From NCBI GenBank assembly GCA_001724265.1, contig MEDY01000082.1, forward strand, positions 1-64,000: a stretch of 64,000 nt of DNA. The letters run 5' to 3'. The notes beneath the pieces were generated by a model, which had not been told where the DNA came from, made no database searches, and was given only the letters and a program-made list of their open reading frames with translations. The DNA is from Rhizaria sp. SCN 62-66 (Eukaryota). The translations under genes were made by a program, and so were the position numbers. Within the stretch, counting starts at the first letter, position 1; each line of letters starts with the position of its first letter. Of this stretch, positions 12,901-23,500 are shown in pieces.

Positions 12901-13593
12901 GTGCATGATACTGAAGCCGTGAGTATTGGCGCAAAAATTGTTCGTTTCATCAATAATCTCACTTCATTCAGTTGGGGAAGCAGCAGCGACGCTCCTAGTC
13001 CTCACAATGGCACAGGTCCTAGCACTAGTTCTCTCTCGAGCTCCAGTCGCAGTGCAGTTGCTGACGCGGCCGACGTCCCTGAGCTGCCATTGTCGCTGCT
13101 AACTCAGTCCCCGACTCAGTCGCCGATCCCTGAATTCACTGATTCTGGGTCCATCTCCGTCCCCGGCCCGAGCTCAAGCTTCGGCTTTGGATCAGGCTTT
13201 GGTTTAGGCTCCGTTTTTGGCTCTGGGTTTGGCTTAGTTTCAAGTAACAACAACAATAACAACAAATCGCGCATTCCTGCTGTTGCCACCGCAAGCACGA
13301 GTTCCACTGCGAGTTATCCCAGTAGAGTCGGCGTTAACGGCGTGCAGTTCGGCTTGGCGCCCGACTTGCCTATCGGCAACTGGGTGCCTGCGGCGTTTTG
13401 GTACGGCGTTCCCATGCCACGTCACTGGACGGACCTCCCCACTTCCTCAGCCTCCGCTGCCGCTGCCGCCGCCGCAGCCACAGCAGCTGCAGCGGCTGCT
13501 GCCAACGCAGCCACTGCACAGTCGACTGCCAACGCTTACTTGACGACCTCACCCGTCAAGAGTTACGGAAGCAACCGTGATGTGGTGTTTTGA
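6976..13593 (+). CDS. DHHC-type protein S-acyltransferase (Erf2/ZDHHC9-14-18-like), ~2205 aa, no intron needed
   Basis: Complete DHHC cysteine-rich domain [42 protein letters not shown] (DHHC at 9121-9132), DPG motif upstream, TTNED motif downstream, [12 protein letters not shown] N-terminal motif, flanking hydrophobic segments. First ATG 6976, stop TGA. Confidence 0.93.
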   Translation: [2205 protein letters not shown]

Positions 13594-13968
13594 TTTTAAG
13601 CGCTGACTCTTGGCATTGTTGCTCCCAAACGGTGTTTTCTTTGGGTAGAGTTTCATTTTTTTTGGTTTCATTCCTGATTCAACGATATTTTAGTTTTCAT
13701 TGACTAAAGTCGAGTCTTGTTTCATATTCATTTCGTCTAGAGCGTGCATAGCAAATGAATGCTTTCTGTTTTCCCCATCGCAAGTCCTTGTAGTACTTTG
13801 TATTTTCACCCGTTGGTGTTTCTATTATGATCGATGGAAACTAAATATTACGTGATATGTATGCGAGGTAAGCTAAATACATTTGTACAACTATTTCCCC
13901 CACTACTTGTCGAATTGGTGCTAATATAACTGAATCACGTCCATGTCGTCTTTCAAAAGTGATGAAGC

Positions 13969-16900
13969 TTAGTTTTTCGTGGCACTCAGACAGACGTCAC
14001 AGCCAGTGCACTGCACAGTCTCTGCGTCAGGGTCATCAAAGTACCGCATCAACGTCCGCCGTCGACACTCACGCTGAGGCTCGGCAGCTGCCAGACCGGA
14101 CGGCTCCATTATAACCTGCTTGTCGCTGTCAAAGCAGTAATTGATCATGTGCCCCAACAACGTCTTTGCACGCACGGCACCTTCTTTTAGCGTTCCGCGC
14201 TTGGCCTCATGCGCGATGATAAGTTCTGCAGTCTCAATATCACTCTCATCACACAACAAAAGACACTCGGCATGGCCTTTGTCGCGTCCCGCGCGTCCAG
14301 TTTGTTGATAATACCCTTCCAGCGTCATTGGCATACCAAAATGCACAATGCGTCGAATATCAGACTTGTCGATCCCCATTCCAAAGGCTGTGGTTGCCAC
14401 AAGCACGTCAAGCCGGTCATGGGTGAAATCATCCTGCGTCTGGCTTCGCGACTTTTGATCCCGGCCCGCGTGATAGACGCCCACGCGCAGCTGGCGCAGT
14501 TGCGGCAGGGCGGGCGGCGGAGAAAGCGGACTATCGATAGTTGGCACGCAACGGGGCGGAAATGTGTTGCCTGAGGCAGTGCGTTTGAGAGAGTACAAGT
14601 TAGGCCGCGGCGGCGAACGAACTGCGGCTGGGACACTTTCAGATGCAAGACTGATATCAGTCTTTGGCGCAGTGCTGTCATCACGCTTCACTCCAGTCGG
14701 CAACAAACTACTTGCGCTTAAATTGGCACTAACGCTGGCGCTGTTTGCAAAATTGTTTGCGTCTGCGCCTTTGTTATTGTTCATAAGCTCTGCTACGTAC
14801 GTTTCAACACGTTCGAGACTTGGCTCAATCCAAGACAGCTTACTTAAACTGCTCGCCAATTCGTCGGCATCCCTGCGTGTTTGGGCGTATACCACCGTCA
14901 CACCGCCCTTAAGTGCCCCGCATATCCATGGGTTGCGGCGTGGAAAAGTATCATCGCCGTCAACCGCATTTGCAGCGGATATTGCGGTCTCAGCAGCGCG
15001 CAGGATCGCATCGTTATTCGGATCAACATTTACAGCAACAGCTCCATGTTGATGTTGCTGCTGCTGCTGTTGCTCCAGCTGCTTGATACGCCACTGGCGC
15101 ACAATGCGGAGCTTGCGCCGAGTTATCTCAGCCTCACTGGGCACAAACAAAGACCGCAGGTCTTGATCGCAAATGTGCGCATCATTATTGCTGAAACTGG
15201 GAAAGGTCTTGCGACGAATAAAATATACCAGGTTGGGCCTGTTAACGGTGCCGATGTAGCGTGAAACTGGCAGTAGCTTTTCAAACCTTTGACTTGCACT
15301 GACACGCTCATTTAAACTACCATTGTTTCTCATTAAATTATCAGCGTACGTGAAGGTGCTTTGCCAAGGCTGTTGTTCTTGTAGACCAACTTGCTGAATC
15401 ACGTCATCAATAACCTCAGAGGTCGCCGTTGCTGTGAGACAAATCACTGGCAATTCCCAGCCCAGCGCTTCCCGCACTTTCGACAGCAGGCGGAACTCGG
15501 GCCGGAACTCGTGGCCCCACTCTGACACACAATGTGCTTCGTCAACGGCAAGAAGGCCGACAACACCGCGATGGCGCAGCAAACTTAAGCCGCGAAGCCA
15601 GCGCACCGCCTTTTCAGGTGACATGTAGACAAGCGCATACTAGCCGCCGCGCAAAAGGGCGTCGTACTCCTCACTGCTTGTCGTGCGGCTGAGATACAGT
15701 GCGCGCACGCCGCGCGCGTTAAGTCCAGCAACTTGATCTTGCATAAGAGAGATAAGGGGCGAAATGACAACCGTAGTAAGACCCGTTAGCAGCGGCGGCA
15801 GCTGATAGCAGAGCGACTTGCCTTGCCCGGTGGCTTGCATCACGAAGCTGTGGCGCGGCAGTGACACAGGGCCGGTCGCACGAGGAATAGCAGAAACAGC
15901 GGTAAAGATGTTGCTACCGGGCGCATTATCGTCATCATCATTATTATTGTCATCGCCAAGGCTGGAGCTTGCGTTTGCGTTTGATCTCTTGGGAGTAAAA
16001 AGAAAAGATGAGGTTGGGACTTTGCTACTGCCATCATCAGCATATGCGCTCAAAACAACGCCCGGGAACCCAAGTTCTTCAACTGGTCCACTGTTTTTCA
16101 TGATCATTTTGTTTAAGTCGGGCACATTAAACGCAAGAACAGCGTTGGTAACTGCGTTGAGCTGAAATGGTAGCAGACTCTCGCGGTCAATACCAAACGT
16201 GTTCTTTAGCACTGCTACTAGACGTGCAGTCACATGAACCGGCAAGTGAAGAGGAGGCTCGACACGATTTGCCGAAGATTGCGGCCGCGAGTGAGCTTTT
16301 GTTGGGCAATTTAAGTTGGGAGAGTTGTAACATGGCTCATCTTCACTTGCAGCACGATGTAAATGCTGCATCCCAACTACTGATGACGGCGGAGCCAAGT
16401 GCGACCGCGTTGTTGTGGCCAAGCCCTTAGCATGAAAAGCAGTGTTTAAAGAGCTACTTGCATTTGCAGCAGTTGTACGCCCAGACAGCAGATTACGCAC
16501 AGCGCTTGCTAATGCGACTTTCTTGCCAACAATCTTGAACTCGGCCTCAGTGCGCGCCAGCGTTAACAGTGCTAATAGCTGCGGCGTTGCCGGGACCTTA
16601 TTATCGACTTGAGCAATAACACGCTTAAAGATGCATTCATAGTAGCTCATAGCGGCAGTTTGTGCGCTATTGTGCGTGGTTAAAAGCGCCTGGCGTGCGG
16701 ACTGTGTGATGGCCACCACAACAGGCTTCAGCAGCACAAATGTATCGGGAAAATGACGTATCGACGTTATACCCAAGTACACAAATTTGGATAGGATTCG
16801 ATATCGCTTGTCCGCGTCTATGTCATCAGAGTCCCACTGCTGTAGTAGCGGCGGCACATGCTCCGCAAAAAACTCAAGCATTGTGATTGCATATTGGGAC

Positions 16901-19545
16901 CCATTTAAAGGAATAACAGCGTTGTCGTCGTTGTCATCATCATCCTCGCTGTCATTATCACCACCGCCGTTGTTGTTTTGGTCACTTGATGCAAAGAGTT
17001 GAATAAAACGAGATGCTAAGTCAAGATATGCGGAAAGAAAACGTGCGTCGAAGTCGCTGCAGAATGCGGTGCAGAGCCTAGGTGCAATAATCCATGCATG
17101 TCGTCCGCATGCGCGACTAGCATCGCTCCAAATCCACTAAACGTTGAAAACAACATTCTAGTTATCCGCATAATGCTTGACCACTGTCATCAGGGTAGGG
17201 GTTAGCGTCTGAACAATGCTGGCCACAATGGTCTTCAACTTTGACTGGTTCGCTTTGTCACGTGCCTTCGCGTTTACAACGGCAAACCTTATCAGCTTTA
17301 ACACTGTCACCGCATTCTCAGCGTCGGGCGTGCCCGCGGCAAGGTTTTTTACCAGCACGTCGACGAGCCTGTCAAACACGTGCCTCAGCCCTGTCACGAC
17401 AGATTTGGTATCAGGTAGCAGTGCGACGATGACTGTGATCACGGCGGCGAGTGCGTTCTCTTGCGCTTCGGAGCTCAGCGATGGTAGTAAGTCGTACATC
17501 TTGTGAAAAGTGGCCAGACTTGTCGACGCTAGCTCTGACGGCTTCACAACAGCCAGCATGTATAGTGCCGCTGCAGACGCGTCAACAATATTCTGGCCAG
17601 GCGCGGTAATGCCGTCGACAACAAACGCAAGCGCGGAGGCGAGCGCTGCACCAGGGTCAATCCAAGACGCGAGTGAGCCCAACACCAGCGTCGCCGCTGC
17701 ACGTAAAACGCTGTAGCTAAAGGCAACAGATGAGCGTAAGCCCTGCGTTTCAGCCGCGGGACGCACCGCATCAAGCATCCTGCACAGCTCTACGACTAGC
17801 GCAAGTAGTTGAGGTGGAATATCGATATTTGTGAAGTTATTGAATCTGAAGTCAAATATAAAGTTCATCAGGACATTGGCAATACCGCTAAGCGATGCCT
17901 CAAGCATTTGCCACTCTACATCAGTTTGCGCACTGCGTGTGTACGCCTGCAGCTCTTTGATGGCGAGTGGACTTACGACTTGAAGCGACGCACGCAACTC
18001 AAGGCAATCAACGAGGTAAAAAATTGCATTTCCGACTTTTGAAATATGCAATCGCAACTTTTCTAACACATCCTCTGAGAGGTCATGGCTGTCGCAGGGG
18101 TATTGAGCTGTCATTATGAGCGCAGTTAGAGCCCGGTTAAGCAGCTGGACAATCTGCGGCAAGCGCTTCTCCGCAACCTCGACGTGCATCCGCACGTTGG
18201 CCAACTCATCATGACGCATGCTTGCAGTTTTTGATGCGCAGGTAGCCTTATACTTGTCGCAACGCACCAAATTGGAAATATTATCCCAGAACCCAAAAGT
18301 CACTGCAGCCACTGTTTTGGAGCCCAGATCCCCACTTTTGACCCGGGCTTCAGCGTTTGTGCTAGGAGCCAGCGGCTGCACTTCAACAACCTAAACAACA
18401 GCTTCAAGCAAGGCAAGTCCGAAATCATCCCCACTAAGTGAAGCGCTTTGCCATGGCATAGCGGCACGACTGGGAGTGATAAATTCCCGGGACGATAGAG
18501 CCAGGTCAACAAAAACGTGACCCAGCGCAGCGGCTTCTGAAAAAGACCCATCAGTAACAAGTGACTTAAAATGTGACAGAAGAGGCAGAGTAAAAAATGC
18601 AAGGCGTCGCAGCTGCGCTTCAAGCTCAACATCGGCGAGCGCTGTGTACTCCGAAAGCAGCCCCGTGAGCACCCTGCAAGCATTGACAGTGAGCGCGGGC
18701 ACACGCACAGCGTCGAAGAGAGGACGGAAAAGCGCGTGCGACTGAAAAGCCATCGTATCAATAAAGCCCGCGTACACCCAATCTGACAAACAACGGAGAA
18801 CGGCGTTCTGCAAAGGAAAGTCATTCTTCTGCATTGCTTGCTGTCGGATTTGCGTGAGTTTGTCAAGTACGCGCGCTGACTCAGCTTTCAGAGCGGTCAG
18901 TGCAGTTTCCACCACGTAGTTGCGCAGCTCGTTGCATGTGGCGCCGGGCTTTGATGCCGCAACCTTGGCCGTCACAGTCACTTTGATTTTCTCAAGCTGC
19001 GGCGCCGACAACGCATCTATATCAAATGTTATCTCCGCTGAGTACGACATCTGGGCTGCCGTAGCTAAAACTTCCATCAGCGCCGTGCTTGCGGCAGAGG
19101 AGCTTAACTCTGGGTCCTTGCAGTAGCGCGCGCAGACGTCCGGCACGGCGGTGGGCCACTAGCCCGCGCCCGAGAGGTGGTACACGAGCACGCCCACGCA
19201 GCGCGCCAGCCGCGTCGTCACCTGCGCGTACGGCGAGAGAAGGAAACGGTCCAGGTGCCACAACAGCGTGTCGCGGAAGGCGGCGCGCACGGAGGCTGAG
19301 GGCAGCTCGCTGAAGCGGGGCTGCAGCAGGTGTGTGAGCAGCGTGTCGGCAATCCATGAATAGTGCTCCATCTGCAGGTCAGGGTGAGAGAGCAGCTGGT
19401 CCAGGACTTCCCACGCGATGGGCTGGGCCGAGACCCACGTCAGGTAGCGGCTCGCCTTGTCGCGCGCCTCGCTTTCGACTGTGGGCAGGTAGAGCACCGT
19501 TAACGCCTCGCGGCACTGCGCGACGAGTTCATCCCGCGTTGCCAT
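13969..19545 (-). CDS. Importin-13/transportin-SR-like helical region fused to a RecQ helicase (1858 aa), read through five in-frame TAG codons
   Basis: Five listed ORFs (19159-19545, 18391-19146, 17158-18381, 15640-16881, 13969-15624) share one frame and are separated only by TAG (19159, 18391, 17158, 17137, 15640). RecQ motifs: ATGQGKSLCYQLP, VVISPLISLMQDQV, DEAHCVSEWGHEFRP, LTATA, YHAG, VATTAFGMGIDK, YYQQTGRAGRD, Zn-binding CRR..LMRYF..C..CD.C. The N-terminus resembles an importin-beta N-terminal domain (RDKASRYLTWVSAQPIAWEVLDQLL). Ends in TAA. Confidence 0.8.
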
Positions 19546-20532
19546 GTGCAGAGAGTGGGAAGATGAAAGAGTCCGTCAAACTAAAATTCCCTCCACTCCT
19601 CCAACTGGAACTCTTTCCGCGTTATGTGCACCACTAAAGGGTGACCAAAGAATGAAAAGGCAACGGAGGCGTGGTAAAAGATTATTACTACTCCACCAAC
19701 AGCAATATGTATGCTGAAAGTAATGAATATGAACAGGGACGGGAGGAAGGGAGTGAGCGAGAAGGAGGATACCAAAGTGAGACCGTAAGTTAAGATGGAG
19801 ATGATTGTGCCGTCGTATGAATGATTTAGACACCCTTACTTAAAATTTTAGAGTAAAATTACGTAGTAAACTGCAGCAGCGTTAATTAGTGTCTGATAAC
19901 AAAGATATCACAGGTAAAATTCCCAAATCATTTGGATCGCGTCCAGCCTCCGCGACTCCACATACAGTCGCCCCGTCTGGGGACGTGGGAATTATAGAGT
20001 AATATGTTTCATATCAGCAAAGAGCACAATAGATTTTATCATTTTCTGAATGGTAAGGTTGACAGGTCTCTATAGATAGTACTTAATCTGCGTCAACATG
20101 TTTTTTCAATGTGTTGCTGTCAAGCTGTAGTGATACTTTCATGTTTGCAACGCGCAACGGCTATTTGAGTCGCAACAGAAACCTACACATGTTTGAATCT
20201 TTGAAGACGCAATGTTATTCTTCGGCTAAATCGGTGTGAATCACCTCCACATTCAGAAGCAAAGTGCGCAGCTGCGTCAGCTCATACAGCACAGGACCGC
20301 CACTTTCTTGAGCGCACTCATTGGTGCAAGCATCCACACAAACATAAAAATAATGCATTTTCATAAGAGGTCAAAGACTGAGCGTTGAAAATCAGCATGT
20401 ATGACATATTACCAGATATAAAACGTTTAGACAATGATATATATAAAATCAAGCACACAAATATTCCTATAAAACTACGATAAGCTTATCAGTTACTCAA
20501 GGGTACACACAGACGGCTGCACACAATAAGTC

Positions 20533-23500
20533 TTATTGCGACGACCGCCATGACCTGGAGCCCTTCCGTGACAGCGCCCCAGTTTGCGCGCGCGACAACG
20601 GCTGCGACCGCGTTTGTCGTGATTGCGACCGCGTCTGCGCCCGCGTCTGCGTCTGTGACTGTGAGCCTAACTGTGAGCGTGACTGTAAGCGTGACTGCGA
20701 CGACTGGGACGACTGGGACGGCTGGGACGGCCTCCGCTGCGCCCCCTCAGCCGGAGCCTGGGTCGCCGCCCGCTTGCTCCTCGTGCCCACACTGCTGCTT
20801 TCGCTCGCGGCGCTCGCACTTGTACTGCTGAGCGCACTCGCGTTACGGTGAGCACTCCTAGCATTTCTGCTGCTGCTGTTGCTGTTTCTGTCGCGCGCAG
20901 AGGTATGCACCACGCCTACAACAACGAGGTCCTCGTCGTCGTCGGGCTTGGCGCCGAGCCTCGTCACCCGCGGCGCCACGGCCGCAGACGCAGACGCAGA
21001 CGCAGTCGCGCCGGTGTCGCCGCCGCCCTTGGCCTTGGCCACCTTGGCCGCAGTAGCCTTCGGCACCTTGGCCGTCGCCTCGTCAGCCGTGGCCTTGTTT
21101 CTAGCGGCCGCCTTGGCTTCGGCTTCAACCTTGACTTGGGGAGCAGCAGCAGCTTCTGCAGCAGCAGCAGCAGCAGCCTTCTTCGCCTTGGCCTCAGCAG
21201 CATCAGCAGCAGCCGCGGCAGCAGCTTTAGCCTTGGCCTCCTTCCGGTTCTTCACAATGCGCTCACGCTCGCTTTCGCTGTCACTCTCACTCTGAGTCGC
21301 GTTTCTCAAGCGATTCGCTCTGGTGACTGATGCTGCCTGTGACTGAGACAACTGCGACGGCGACTGCACCTGTGACAGTGTTTGGGACTGTGAGTCAGTC
21401 AGTGACACCACGTCAGAGAGCAACTGGACTGCGTCCGGCTTTGGCTGCGGCGGCCGACGCTGCTGCGAGCCTTCCTCATCACCAGCCGCAACTCTTAGAT
21501 TCTTCGCAGCGTCAGCAGGGCGCTTCTTTCCAGCACCCTTCGACTTCTCAGCATCAACAGCATCGACAGAGCCCTGAGAGCCACCCTTGTGCCCCACAGA
21601 CTTCGTCACAGCAGCCTTGCTAGCATCTGCGGCAAGGCCAGCGTAAGTGCTCGTGCTGACAGAGGCGATGGCGTCCGTAATTGACTGTGGGTAGCTGAAA
21701 TCTGCGCTGCTCACGGTCGCGACGCGCTGCTGTAAGCGGCGGACAGCCGCGATGGCGCCGCGCATGCGCGCGGTGAAGAGAGACAGCACGCGCGGGGTGA
21801 CCGTGAGCATCGGCGTTGTCGCACTGCCACTGCCACTGCCACTGCCATTCGTACTCGAGCCGGAGCTAGAGCTAGCGCTGGAGTCAGCACTGTTGGAGGA
21901 AGGGAACGAGACGTCGAACATGCGGCCGAGCGTGACCTCGACACCGGTGTGATTCTGGCCGGCAATCGCACTCGAGATCTCACCGCTCTCTTCGTCGTGA
22001 CCGACGACAAAATCAAGAGAAACGCGGCTAGAGCGACTGAACAGATGACTGCTCAGCGCGGCCGCGGGACCCTTGCGGTACAGAGTCACCTGCGTCGGCA
22101 GCGCAGTGCCCTTAGACCCCGCCGGGACGCTGCTCCCTCCTTGCGTTGTAAGCGCGAGCGAGATGTAAGTAGCCAGCGCGGCACCGGCACGCGCGCGCGC
22201 AAAAGCAGTGGGGTTGTCCCAGGGATCTAAGTGGAGCGACTGCGCGAAGGACACAATGTCACTGAGAACACTGGTACTTATACCAGGGGTACTTACGTTC
22301 TCCACGCCGTCATTGTTCACGTTGACAACGTGCCAGACGGAGGCAAATGTGGGGGAGATTTGCGAAAAAGCAAGCAAGTCATTGAGACTCCACTTTGACT
22401 CACCATTCATCTCGTCACCGCTCGCACTAGCGCTGGAAATATTGGCGTCGGCATGATTCATCGTCGCAACAAAGTTCGTGATGGCGTCAGCGCAAATGCC
22501 CTTCATTGCCTGCGCCAACGGCACCTTGCGGGTCTTCTTCTTCTTCCCCGCCATGACTGCCGCAGCGAAGACCTCGGCCTCGGCATCCGCCTCGGCGGCC
22601 AGCAGCGGCAGCGTCGCGGCGTCGAGCGCCAAGCAGGTGTCGGCCGCAGCGGCGAGGGACTGAAGCAGCGCAAGCGTGGCTTCGTACTCCTGGCAGTAGA
22701 GGTGCATCAGGCACTCGGTCGGGGAAAGCTGCAGAGGGGAAATGAGAGGAATCGAGCCGTCGTTGTCGTTCTGATCGTTAACATTGTCATAATCATAGTC
22801 GTTGTCATCGTTGGCGGTGCGAAGGTCGGCGTGCCAGATCGAAGGGGCGGTGTAAGTTCCCGCGGCACTTAGATCCGCCACACTGGCGGGAAGTGAAGCC
22901 GCCAGCGCAGACAAGTAAGGGGGGAGCACCCTTAGACCGGCGGCCAGAGAGAGCGCCGGGGTGACCAAGTCCGCGCCCTGCCCCTGGGTGATACCGGTGA
23001 GATTGACGCCGGCGTAAGACACAACGGGCTCTTGGTCATGCTGCTGCTCTTGCTCATCGTGGTCCAAACGCTTCTTGTGCAGCTGCTGACCTCCTTGCTT
23101 TTGCTCTTGCTCTTGCTCCTGCAGTTGCTGCTGCTGTTGCTGTTGGGTGCGCGCATTCTCCAAGGATAACACAAGAAAAGGAGGCAGGCTGCGGTCACCC
23201 GCGTTGATGTTGTTGTGATTACGACTGGACGCGTTTGTACTCGTGTCTGTGTTCTCCTGGAACTTCGATGCGAACGTGATATACTTCGAGATGTAAGTGC
23301 CTAGCGAGAATGTAAGTACCTGCAGCAGTGTTTTGGGAGACGGCTTCACCGACGGAACAGCAATACCGTTGGCGCTGATGGTACCGCTCGCGCTGTTGAA
23401 GTAGTACGTGTCATCGTAGGTGCTCACACTGAGATCGAAAGGTAACGCCAACGGGTTAGCAATACGCGCAAACAGCAGCGGCGGTGACACGCGCGGAGTC

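Noticed and set aside
13969-19545. Five separate genes, a pseudogene, or tiny introns removing the TAGs
   Set aside because: All pieces share one frame, only TAG interrupts, motifs are intact, and no GTACG..AG or AT-rich intron sequence lies at the breaks.
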